A stretch of DNA of 64,000 nt, taken from positions 1 to 64,000 of the forward strand of contig MNCI01002227.1 of the NCBI GenBank assembly GCA_015680685.1, in the 5' to 3' direction. Below are positions 49,875-62,400 of this stretch, piece after piece; within the stretch, counting starts at the first letter, position 1; every line of letters begins with the position of its first letter. The translations under genes and the position numbers were made by a program. Below the pieces are notes generated by a model. That model did not search any database and was not told the origin of the DNA. It saw only the letters and a program-made list of their open reading frames with translations. Source of the stretch: Gnetum montanum. Taxonomy: Eukaryota; Plantae; Gnetophyta.

Positions 49875-50941
49875 TGTTGATCTTTTGGTATGTTAAAACC
49901 TTAGAGAAAATGGAGAATATGGAAATGTGCTTGAAGTCTTGTAGGGCTAAGAAGGAACAATTGACAAGATGATTGAATGAGAGTTAAGACAACAAAATGA
50001 GAGCTAAGTTGGGATGACAAAACAAGAGCTAGAATGTTAAACAAGAGCTGGGATACAAACAAGGTCTACAAACCAAATGAAGATGTTTCAAGGACTACCA
50101 AATGTCAAAATATCAAAGAAATGCTCCAAAATTCAAAGTTGACTTGCAGGCCAAACATTCCAAATTGATAGCAGATGTCTCAATCCTTGCAGAGACATCT
50201 TAGCTAAGACGTCTCAAGATAGACGTCTCACCAAAACTGAAGGTTGTTTTAAATAGACATCTTAAACTTGAATGGAATGTCCCAATTAGCCATTTCCTAG
50301 TCATTTCATCAATTCCAAGTAGTTTTTTGAAACTCAAAAGATATAAAACAAAGTGGAATTCTTGGGAAATGGGCAAGTACTCTTCATTGAATATCTATCT
50401 TTATATACTCCAAATTGAATTGGCTTTGTTCTTCATCAATTTCATGAATTGTATTTTGTTGTATGAATTATGAGCTTCATTGTGAGGAATTTATAAATTG
50501 AGTTACATTCTCTCCTTAATTTTTCTTCTTTCTTTATAACCCTGCAAGGTTAATGTGCTTCTTGTGAGAAGGCATCTTTATTGAGCTTGTCGAGACATTG
50601 AGGAGTTGAGTGTGTTCATAGTGATGAAACACTTTTGTGTTGAGGTCACATTTTGTAAAGGTTGTGGGGTCCTTAAAACCACATTTTGAGCTTGTTGGAA
50701 CTTTACAAGGTTGAGTGCATTTGCAGTGCCAAAACACTCCATGTAGACCTCAAACTTTGTAAAGGTTATGGTGTCCTCTAAACCACATTTTTCTAAGAAA
50801 CAAAGTTTAGACGTGAGCAAGGATTCTACACTCTGAGTGCCAAGTTGGGGGACCACATAAAAAATTGTGCCTAATTTTGATAACTATAGTTGTTTAATTT
50901 GGGAAATTATTCAAATCCCCCTTCAAAATTCTTGGTCTTCA
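49875..50941 (+). mobile_element. Sirevirus solo LTR inside the LTR of F
   Basis: TGTTGATC...CTTCA with perfect TSD CATTG (49870-74, 50942-46); homologous to 28222-29286. Confidence 0.95.
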
Positions 50942-51170
50942 CATTGTTCATCCAAAGATTACAATTAGGTTTCACATGTACAATCATGACTTTAATGGTT
51001 GAGTATTGGAATACTCAATTGCTCATCATTGGCACCATTAATAGGGATGTGTTAATGATTGCTAAGTAGTTAATTTTATAGAATTTCTTATATCTAGTAT
51101 TATCAAGATCATTCTTCACACATAGAATAAATTTCTCAAAAGTACACTCTTAAAGCATTAAACATTTAAT

Positions 51171-53679
51171 ATGGCTTATCTAATTAAGGAAAATCTCCAT
51201 TTTTTACTGAAGTTAATGAAAGTCATGAAAAGGATTATAATGAAGAAGATTGGAATGCACTTATTCAAACTAGAATCTCTTATGCTCATATTGATCTCTA
51301 CTATCCTGATTTCACTTTTTTTTCACCAAGATGAATAGCTTAGATGGAGAAATTTACAAGGTAACATTATCTTATTTTTGGAGCATTCAATACCATCAAT
51401 GCTTTAAGCAATCCTTATGAGGTTAAACCTTAGCCATGTACAAGAAGGTTACCACATTACCAAACACATAACAAGGCCATGCCAACCAACTAAGGCTTAG
51501 GTATGAAGGGATGCTGCCATGGAGACAAGACATGGGCATGATAAGGAAAACAAATTATCTTAAATAATAGCCCTAGAGGAAAAATAAGAAGCTACATTTC
51601 AAACAAAGAAATTCTATCAAACTCATAAGTCCCATTTTGAAACTCTAGGTTTCCATGTTGAAGATCCCATTAAGATCAAGTTGCATTCGACTCTTGCAGA
51701 AACTCCTAGAAGAGATAAGGAAGACTTCAGACTTAAGAGGAATCCATGGCCTAAGACCTCCATTGAATCTAAAAGGGATAAATCAAGGACTCACAAAAGG
51801 AAAACCAGTTAACACCATTCTCCAGCTCTTTCCTTTTCTTCCTCACACTCATCCATAGACTTTGACAAGAAAGAAAGAAGATTGAGGGATCATGATTGGG
51901 AAAGACAAAGAGATCATGAGAGATATGCATACCGAAGAGGACATCCTAATGAAGAAAAGGATAACTATGAGTGAAGAAGAGAGAGAATCAGACATAGAGA
52001 GAGAGAGCATCATGAGCATCAGGAAGGTCATAACTACAATAAATCTTACAAGCCTAAAGACTACAAAGAACCCCTACTAGCAACTTGAAACATGATCAAC
52101 ATCAAGAAAGTGGTATATATTCCTACGCAACATGTAAGGGATAGTCACATCAAGTGACCAGAAATGAATAATATTTTGAAATTTGAAGTGGTGAATAAAT
52201 GATCAACTACATTTGCATGGTTCTATGATGAAATCACTTGCATCGATCCACACATCTATTAACACAAAATATTTACAGGTATAGCCATTACACCATGCCA
52301 CCAACCTCAAAGAAGATTGAACCCTAAATTTTAAGAAGTTGTCAAACAAGAGTTGAAAAAATTGTTGAATGTAGGGTTCATCTATCCCATAGAAAATAGT
52401 AATTAGATGAGCTCATTAGTCATTATTCCAAAGAAAGGTGGTAAGTGGAGGGTCTGCATTGATTTTCAATTATTGAACATGATAATGTTCAAGGACCATT
52501 TCCATCTACTATTTGTTGACTAAGTCCTAAACACCACTACAACACACCAATATTATAGTTTCCTGGACAAATACAGTGGGTATACTCAAATACTCATTGC
52601 ACTAAAAAATCAAGAGAAGACCACATTCACTAATCTATAAGGAACATTTGCATACAAGTAAATGCCCTTTGGCTTATGTCTTGCTCCCACTACCTTCTAG
52701 ATACTTGTACTAAGTATCTTTCAAAAATAGATTAGTAATGGAGTTAAATTCTTTATGGATGATTTTTCCACATCAGGCTAAATTTTAAAAAAACCTTGGA
52801 TTTTTTAAAATAAGTTTTAAAAATATGTGTAGAAACTAATCTAAAGCTTAATTAGCAAAAGAGGCATCTAATGATTCAAGATGGTATAGCTTTAGGACAT
52901 AAAATATCTTATAAAGGAATAGAAATAAATATAGAAAAGATTAAAGTCATTCAAAATATCACTCAAAGGCCACAAATAATCAAAGATTTTTGATCATTCC
53001 TTGGCCATACGGGATACTACAAGAGATTTATTGAAAACTTTTCAAATATTTCAAAATCATCATTGAAATTAACTAAGAAAGATGCACCATTTCAATGGAT
53101 AGAACAATGTGAGAAAGGATTTAAAACCTTAAAATAGAAACTAATTAAGACACTAATCCTTTGAGCTCTAAATTGATCCAAGCCTTTCCACATTATGATC
53201 AATGCTTCAAACTATGTAGTGGGAGTAATATTAACTCAACTTAATCATCAAAAAAGACTTTATTATATACACTACACCAATCGAAGCATAATTGGGGCAC
53301 AACATAATTACACCACCATAGAAAAAGAGCTTATGGACATAATGTATGCACTTGAGAAATTTAGACACTATATGCTCAATTATCCTATCTATGTCCATGT
53401 TGATTATAATGCCATCAAATTTTTAATGAATAAGCCAGTGGTCAGTCCTAAAGTGATAAGATGGCTTGTTATCTTACAAGAGTTTGACATTATAGGGATT
53501 GATAAGAAATGAATTAAAAATGTTGTAGTAGATCATTTATCAAGGCTAAGATGGAAGTTTCAAGAAAATGATGAACCAATATCAAACCAATTTCCCAATG
53601 AAAAGTTATTCACCAAGATAGCAATGTTTGTAGATTCAATAGTGAAGTCATGGATTATTGATTACCTAATGTATCTCAC
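51171..53679 (+). pseudogene. internally deleted gag-pol of F
   Basis: Gag N-terminus fused near 52187 to the pre-RT region; PKKGGKWRVCIDF, FFMDDF and YTTIEKEL motifs. Confidence 0.88.
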
Positions 53680-54560
53680 TGATGAGAGGTGGAGTATCCA
53701 ACACCCAACCACACGAGATACGAGTGTTCACACACAATCCCAGTTAAACTCCGCAGATAAGGAAATGTGATTATACTATTAATTGATTAATGTTTTCAAA
53801 TGTTTTCTTCCCACATGAGTTAGTAAAATCAATGCATATGCTTTAACTCACGTTGAGGTATACAATATTGATGTTAAATTGGCCATTAGGATCCTTGTGA
53901 ACATGAAGTGAAAGTAAAGGTTTTTAAATCTAAGTGACAATAAACAAATCTAAACTAGCCTATGTGATGAGCATTTAATCCTAATCTTCCAGTCACACCT
54001 TGGACTTTGTGCAACTACTACTGGGATTACCAAGTACCTCACTACTGGGCATACCAAGTGATAATACTACTGGGTTACCAAGTAGTTACACTTATGTGCT
54101 CAAGATCAGTCCTACTCATTCCACTTAACAACATTAAAAGTAAATTGCAAGTAATCGTAAACATGAACTATGAAAATAGTAAACAATAAACTAATAGGAA
54201 AGAGAAATAAAACTAAGTGTTGTTACAATGATGTAGAGTAATCTCGATTTTTATTGTGGGTCATGCAATGTGTCCAAGTACATCACACTCGAATAAAGAT
54301 TCTACTCAATTACAAAACATCACACTATGGGCACACACTGCTAGGTACTAAATTCAAGAAAGAAAACTAAAAGAGTTATGTTACTAGCTATCAAATCTAC
54401 TGTGAATCTGTGCACCTAAGTGTTGCTTATACAGGCTGGCACACATCCTGTGATATCATTTATATGATAATGTATACTAAGATATCATAATGTATCTACA
54501 ACATCATAAATACGATATCATAACTATGATACCGTTGCCTCAAAATTTTTGAATTTATCA
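53680..54560 (-). repeat. 3' LTR of element G
   Basis: tgatgag...ttatca on plus, followed by tacccccatgactaa (PPT reverse complement); 3 x ~24 bp repeat at 54014-54083. Confidence 0.9.
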
Positions 54561-54759
54561 TACCCCCATGACTAACTAAAAACTTGTCTTTGTGTTAAAA
54601 CAAAACGAGGATGGAGTTCCTTACAAAATTGGGAGGTAGATTTATATGACACTAACTTCTATATACATGACTCTCTAGTGCTGCAATGGGGTTTATAAAA
54701 ATGAACACATGACATAACAACTTTGATGAAAAATGAAAAAAAATATGGCAAGGTTGAGT

Positions 54760-57446
54760 GTATCCTTATGTTGTTCCAAGTAGAGGTGGCTCTTCCATAG
54801 GTTTCTTCCCCTTATTGTTAGGCTTCTTAAATTGGTATTTTTTTCAAGAGTGCCTTAAATTTCTCTTCTTCTATGCTTAGATCATGGACATGGAAATTAT
54901 GAAAACACCTTATTGGCTTTAATGTACCATGCCACAAACTATCCTCTCTCTTCTTTAAAAGCTCTAGTCTTTTCTCTGAGTTCATGATAGTTTGTTAATC
55001 TTTTAGCTAGATTCGCTGCTACATATTTTTGCCCCTAGTAGCTAACCTTAACTACTTCTAGTTCTAAGTTTGCTACCTGAAGTTTCTATAGAGCATCTTT
55101 TTAGTCCACAAACTCTTTCTCATATAAAGCATAAGTGGCTACTACTTGCTATTTTAGCTCATTTCTAGGCCTGCTTGCCATTAACATGGCCAAATTAGCA
55201 TAGCATAGGTTTTTTAATGCCATGTATTCTTTCAAGTCCTCTATCTATAGGTATTTGATTTTCACTTCCGCTTAATAGGTCTAGGCCATGCTATCTAATA
55301 TGGATTCCCAAGCAGGATTTTGTGCAGCAATAGTACTAATTTTGGCCTTTTCCATCTAGATCTCTTTCTTATTTATCTATTTATACATGTCCACTTGGTC
55401 TTGAAAGTGTTCTTTGAGCCTTTCATGTTTCTTGGCCTCATTCTACCATGCATTGATTTTGATAGTTGATTTGTGTCTAATGACACATACCTCCTCCATA
55501 GAGAGGGTTTTGTTTTCTCTTGCAATGTGGCTCATATCTTGGTTGACCATCATTGGCTACTCTCTCAACTAATGGATACTTTCTTCTAGAGTGTTTTTCT
55601 ACTTTTCTACTATGGTCAACCTCATGCTTTCTGTAGCGAATTGTTCATTTTCTTCTTGTAAGATAGCAAGTGCTTTGGCATGGGCATATGATTGGGCTTT
55701 TGTTACTGAAGTATTCCATACTGCCTTCTCTTTTTCATTTACTATGTCTTTATTATTCTTAAGAAGGAAATTGATTTTCTCAATTATGAATTATGCTATT
55801 TGATCTAATGCTATGAATTGAGTTGGATCTCTCCTTTCTACTCTTAGGGCTACAAGCTCTTCTTGTAATCAATGAAGCTCATTCTCAGCATGCTCTACCC
55901 TAGTTTTGGCCATGATTAATTTTCCTTTGGTGGAAATTAATTCAAACTATGTTGTAGTGGCATCACTAAGAATATCAAAGAGATTTTTCATAACTTGTCT
56001 TGTCTACAATAGTCTTTCTAACACATCTTCATCTTCAGGAGTCATAAAGGTACAAGCTACCATTTGAACATTTTTAGTTCTAGAAATATTAGCTAGTGGC
56101 ACAACAAGTACATTAAATGATTTTTTGATGTGATTTGTAATCACTTCTGTGGCTCTTGCTCCATCATGATGTTGCATGACCATAACTATGGCTCCTTTTG
56201 TTGATTCAACCATCACTTGGAACAATGCAACATTCCCAAAAATCTGTTGCGACCACTACGCCTCTTCTCCTAACTACAAAAATATTTGTCCACTAGTAGG
56301 ATTGGTTGAAATGGTCAGTCTGATTGCATTAGCAATAACTTTGAATATACTGGCCTCTTCTCTACTTTCCCAACTAATATTTTCTACAATTTGTTGCAGA
56401 TGACTCATTGAAGGACTATAATCTTGCAACAACGATGGTGGAACTTGTGGCTACTATTGTTGTTGTCTTGTGGTTTGGGTAGTCTCCTTAGTGACTACTT
56501 GTTCTTCTAATTGGTCCTTTTTGGGAGGCACTAACTTGAGCATTTCAGCATAGGAAGCATTTTGTGCCATCCTTAATGCATCATTTGTATATCCTAGGAT
56601 GTTAGCTCATTTACATAACTTTCAGATAAGGCAAGGAAATTGAAATGTTAATTTCCCTACCTTCTTCTCCTCGAACCACCTTTTGATTTTTGTGAAGTAG
56701 AGGTGAGCGATGTTTACATTAAATTTTTTCATTAATATTGCACATGCTCTAGCTGCATATGTAGATATTCAATTTAATCTCTTAGTAGGAAACATGTGAT
56801 AAGTGCCAATTTTGAAATAGATCTTTTCTTTTGCAATCATTTCATAGTATTGTTTATCTTCCTTGCCATACACCTATTGCAACCATAGCTTCCTGGCATC
56901 TAGGTCAAATCTGGTTGATATTTGTGCCACCTTTCCTCCTTGATTGGGCACATTCAATACCTCTGCGATTACCTTAACTAAGTAAGATACCAAGATTCCT
57001 TTGATTTTGATTATGGCATCAGCTTCTCACTTTTGCCAAAATTGGAGTGTTTTTCCTAAATACCATTCTCTATTATTTGTTAGAGTAGGCCACAAAGGAG
57101 ATGACTGAAGTTGGGCCTTAATACCTTTTGGAGAAAATTCCAAAAATAGACCAAATTTAAGCTTCATAATAATTGTTGACATAATGGATTTTTCCTAAAT
57201 AGCCTAAAGGTATTTAGGTGACAGTGTGAGTTGTTGTCCCTAGACAGGCACTAGTGGAACATGCACTTTTGCTTGAGCATATTGCTCTGTGGTAGGAGTT
57301 TGTTGAAGAATGCTGAAGGATTGTGCTTCCTACTGTCCTTATTCTACTTGCATATTTTGCATGCTCACTTGTCCTTGTCCATGGCCTTGTGGTTTTTTAC
57401 TTGTTAGTCATGGAAGTTTTCCTTGTGCTCCTCTTTTTGGAGCCAT
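54760..57446 (-). pseudogene. extra (env-like) ORF of element G, decayed
   Basis: ATGGCTCCAAAAAGA at 57446; colinear with 20770-23575 (LQSSPLWPTL..IREWY; DARKLWLQ*VYG). Confidence 0.7.
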
Positions 57447-59489
57447 CTACAATCAATCAAGGGTTTGAAATTACTAAAGTGTTCTCATAAATCAGCAACA
57501 ATTTGATACCTTACTCATACCCTTAGTCATATCAAGTTCTTAGTTCATTATGATTATAGAGTTAGAAAATGTTAATAACAATCCCATTAGTACTTTAAAT
57601 GAGTGGCATGATCAATTAGAAGTATTCTTAAATTTGTTTTGGCCTTAACATGAGTGATTTATTTTAAAAAATTCTTAATATGTTTCCTTAGACTTACCCT
57701 TATAATACCTTCTCATTGTTAACAATTTTGAAAAAATCAACTTAAATTTTCCTTAATAGCATGACCACAAACCCACACAACCCTCCCCCCCGCCATGACT
57801 AAGGTGATCACTTTAGGATCACGTAGATTTGAAAATCATGCAAATCAAGGCATTAATGATCAAGTTATGGATGTTAGAAGTTGAAGCGTCAAAGCTCATA
57901 ACTACAAAGAAAAATTAGCTACAACATCCTTCTTATGAAATTCAGAAATGAAAAAAAATTTCTAACTACCCTATGCTATATACAGTTTTTATGGGTGAAA
58001 TATTGTAAATATGACATTATAGGTGTGATATCATAGGTGCCTGCAATATCGTAGATATAATGTCACCATAGAAAAATCAAAATTTTTGAATATTTTTCTT
58101 TAAAAAAATTGTTCCATAGGATAGTTGGAAGATATGCATCATGTTGAAAGGGTTTTGATATGAAAATGATGCTTCAATTGTAAAAAAATAAGCGTTGAAA
58201 GTCCATGATAAAGGAATATTAGGCTATGAAAGTATGTGAGGTATTGATGGAATGGATGAGAAAGACAACATTGTTTTGTTATTAGAATAGATAGTGTGAA
58301 TGATATGGAAGTATTTATTGTTATTTATTGGAATTGAAAGGCTCAAGATGATGTGGAATCGCTTGGCGGATGTAAGATATGACAATTATACAAGTGGGTC
58401 CTCCCCAAAGCAAGCACTAGCCCTTAATACCCTTGTATAAACATGCCTAAAAGTGTCCTTAGACACTTAAGGAGTTGAATGCAATGCATACCTATTTAGC
58501 AAAACACCCATGTTAGTACCACCAAATTGGGAAAATAACACTATGTTATACAAAATCATAAGTTATGGTTATTCAAACAATGAGATGAAATGAGTTTAGA
58601 AGGGATTGCAAAAATTAGGACATGAGGTGCCTTAATATAAGCATAATGAATTCTTGTGTTTTATTAGTGGTTAAAGTAATCATTAGCCTTTCTGTCCAAG
58701 ATTCAAACCAAGTCCAGACCACATCCAATGACATCACATCGTTTCATCTCTTGGAATTACAATCATAAGATTATCAATGTTACAAAGAGTATTGTCACTT
58801 AACATATTGTCCAAGGGAGGACTTTATTCATGGCACTTTATTTTTATTTTTACGTTTCTGAGAAACCACCTACCTTTAGGCATCGGTAACATGTTTTTTC
58901 AATGGGGCCCACAGAAACTTATTTTGTGTCCTTTATTTATTATTTTTGTCAACCCTTTTAAGGTAGATCTACAAGGATATAATACAACCTTAGTAGCAAG
59001 ATACAACTTACAATAATAATCCAAAAAGAGTCCACAAACCCCCTTGATGTCACACTCTTTTCATTCCCCTTTGGTTCTTCACTTTTCTGTATAGGCATAA
59101 TGATTACACATTTATTCTTAGTTTGATGATGGAATTATGGTCATGGTAAGAACCTCTTATTATTGGAATGGATGGATTGATGATGTGGGCTGACTATGCA
59201 AATAATGAGTCTCTTATGACTTGGTTTCATAGAGAAATTTTCACCTTATTGGGCTACATCTTGCCTTTATTTAATTGTTTTTTATTAATGATCAAAAATT
59301 ATTTACAAAGGGTTTGAAAAAATGTATAAAAGAAATGGGAAATATGGTAAAAATTATGAAAAAGTATAAAGAATGAAAAATGCTATAGAATTGAAAAGTA
59401 TTTAAAAATATGAAAAATTGAAGAATTGGAAAAGTGAAAAAATGAAAAGAATTGTCAAAAAAAAATTACAAAAAATTAGTAAGGTACCT

Positions 59490-62400
59490 ATGATTTTAAA
59501 TGGACACCCCCACGACTATTATGAAGATCAGGGAAAATAGAAGATAGAGTAAGTGGAAGACTGGTGAGTAGTTTGGATAGATTCCTTTGAGTACTCATAG
59601 TACGATTTGACTTGTTGGAAATTGACAAGGATAAGCTTATGTGGTGTATATGGGTGATGAATATGAAAGGCACCAAATGGATAAGTAGCATATACTATGT
59701 ATGGTCCCTCCTAAAGTGTTTGAAATCTAGCCTTTTGGGGTAAATAACTTGGATTGTAATAAAGGACCTTGTTGCCTAGTTTTATGGTTACATTTCTTAA
59801 TCACGAATCATGCCTAAGTTTGGAATAGTGCTTGTGGACTTCATTGTCCATAAGTGCTTCTTATCTATTTTCATCTAAAAGATTCAAATTCATTAGACGT
59901 TCCTCTTGTGCTAAACTCAGATCAAGCTCAATTTCAATAGTAGTAGCTAGAGTGTAAAGCTCTACCTAGATTGGAAGTATCAGAAACTTTCCATAGACTA
60001 ATTCATATGGGGTGTACCCTATAGGTAATTTCCATGAAGTTCTATAGACACATAGAGCACCATTTAATTTCATACTCCAATCACATCTAAGCCTACTAAT
60101 TGTTCTAGTGAGTATTCTAGTCATTTCGTGGTTAGTAACTTCAACTTGACCATTTGCTTAGGGATGATATCGTATTGTTAATTTATGGTTAACCCCAAGT
60201 TTTTGCATGAGTTTCTTAAAGGCAACATCATTGAAGTGGGTCCCATTATCTGATATTAGCATTCTAGATACTCCAAATCAGTTCACCACATGTTGTTGGA
60301 AAAACTTGGAAATTGGTTTTGCTATACAATCCTTTACTATTGTTGCCTCTACCCATTTTGTGCAATAATCCACAGTCACAATAATGTATGTTTTTCCATT
60401 TGACATCATTTGAATGGGCCTCATAGAATCAATTCCCCAAATATCAAAAGGTTCTAGTAGCTGTATCTAGTGTTGTGGTCCTTCATATCTAGTTGTAATT
60501 CCTCCATCTCTATGGCAACATTCACATGATTGGGCAAAAGCATGGGCATCTCTAAATAGAGTAGGTCAAAAGTAGCCTACCATCAATAATTTAAGTATTG
60601 TTCTTCACCTTTCATAGCAACCACCACATGGATCTTCATGGGCATCTTGTAACACTCTTTGTTGGTCATGAGTAGGTACACACCATCTAACAAGCCCATT
60701 TGCACAAATTTTGTATAGGTTACCATTTATATCCATGTATTGTCTAGCTTTGTGAAGGAACTATTCACATTGTTTTATATTCCATTCAACAACAAGCTCT
60801 TGTGTGGTGAGATACATCAGGTACTCTACAGTCAATGGTTGTTCTATTGAATTTATAGCCTTTGCTATTCTAGTAAAGAGGTCCTCATCAGGAAATTAGT
60901 CTAATAAGGGTTCTACTTGGTTGTTTGCATCCCATTTCAACCTTGATAACTAATCAGCTACAACCTTTTTTGTTCCTTTTTTATCAATCATTATAATGTT
61001 AAACTCTTGAATAATCACAAGCCATCTTATCACTCTAGGACTATTTGTTGGCTTGTTCATTAAAAATCGAATGGTACTAGGGTTTGTGTGGACATATATA
61101 TGGTAATCGAGCACATAATGTCTAAATTTTTTAAACGCATACATCACGGCCATTAGCTCCTTTTCAGTTGTTGTGTAGTTTAATTATGCTCCGGTGATGC
61201 TCCTACTAGCACAGTGTATGTAATATGATCTCTTTTGATAATCAAGTTATGTCAATACTACACCAAGTGCATAGTGCATTAGTCATGATATGAAAATTCC
61301 TTGACCAATCTAGAGCTTGAAGGATTATTATGTAAACTAGCTTTTGTTTCAAAGTTTCAAATGCATTTTCACATGACTCAAATCCACTCAAAAGATACAT
61401 CCTTCTTTGTAAGTTTTACCAGCGGTTTGGCTATTTTCAAGAAGTTTTTAATAAATCTTCTGTAGTATCCCATATGGTCCAAAAAGAATCTTACATCTTT
61501 TACCATCTATAGCCTTTGAGTGATATTTTAGATTACTCTAATTTTTTCAAGATCTACCTCTATACCCCTTTGGGAAATTTTGTGTCCTAGTACTATGCCT
61601 TCCTAGATCATAAGATGGCTCTTCTACCAATTGAGCTTTAGATTAGTTTCAACACATCTTTTAATTACTTGCTCTAACTAGATAGGGCTTGTTTGAAATA
61701 CAACTCATATGTGGAAAAATTCATCCATAAAAACATCAACACCATTACCTATCTACTTTTAGAAGATGCTTAAAATCAGTCTTTGGAAAGTTGCTAGTGC
61801 ATTGCATAGATTGAAAGGCATTTGTCTATAAGCAAACATTACCCATGGACTAGTGAACATGGTTTTCTCTTAGTTCTCCAGTGCAATGAAGATTTGATTA
61901 TACCTGCTATACCCATCTAGAAAACTCTAGTACTCATGTCTTGAAATTGTCTCTAGGACTTGATCCACAAATGGGAATGGAAAATGATTCTTAAGTGTGG
62001 CTAAATTCAACAACCAAAAGTTGATGTAGATGCACCATTTGCTTCCCTTCTTTGGAACTATCACCAAAGGACTTACCCATTCACTATCCACAATTGGATA
62101 GATGAATTCTATCTTTAGCAACTTTTCCAATTCCTACCTAACTACCTCCTTGAGTTTAGGATTAAATCTTTGTTGAGGTTGGCATTTCGATTTAACTACA
62201 ATATCAGTGTAGATCTGATGTTGGCAAATTTTTGGAACAATTATTATGATCTCATCATAAGGCCATGCAAATGCTATATGCCATCTATTGAGCACTTCCA
62301 ATAGTTTTTCTTTTTGTTCCTTATCTAGGTTGGCATTGATAATTACTGGCTTCTTGTTGTTTAGAAATGTGTATTCTAATGTTGCTAGTAGGTTTTTCAA

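Larger units (their letters stand above)
49137..53679 (+). mobile_element. Athila-like element F (5' part), nested in E and interrupted by G
   Basis: 5' LTR 49137-51028 (split by a Sirevirus solo LTR), PBS ttggcaccattaatagggat, gag N-terminus, RT and RNaseH. Confidence 0.85.

Noticed and set aside
54007-54189. Repeat-containing peptide or CRISPR-like array
   Set aside because: It is the LTR-internal ~24-bp tandem repeat with no unique spacers or cas genes, in a eukaryotic context.
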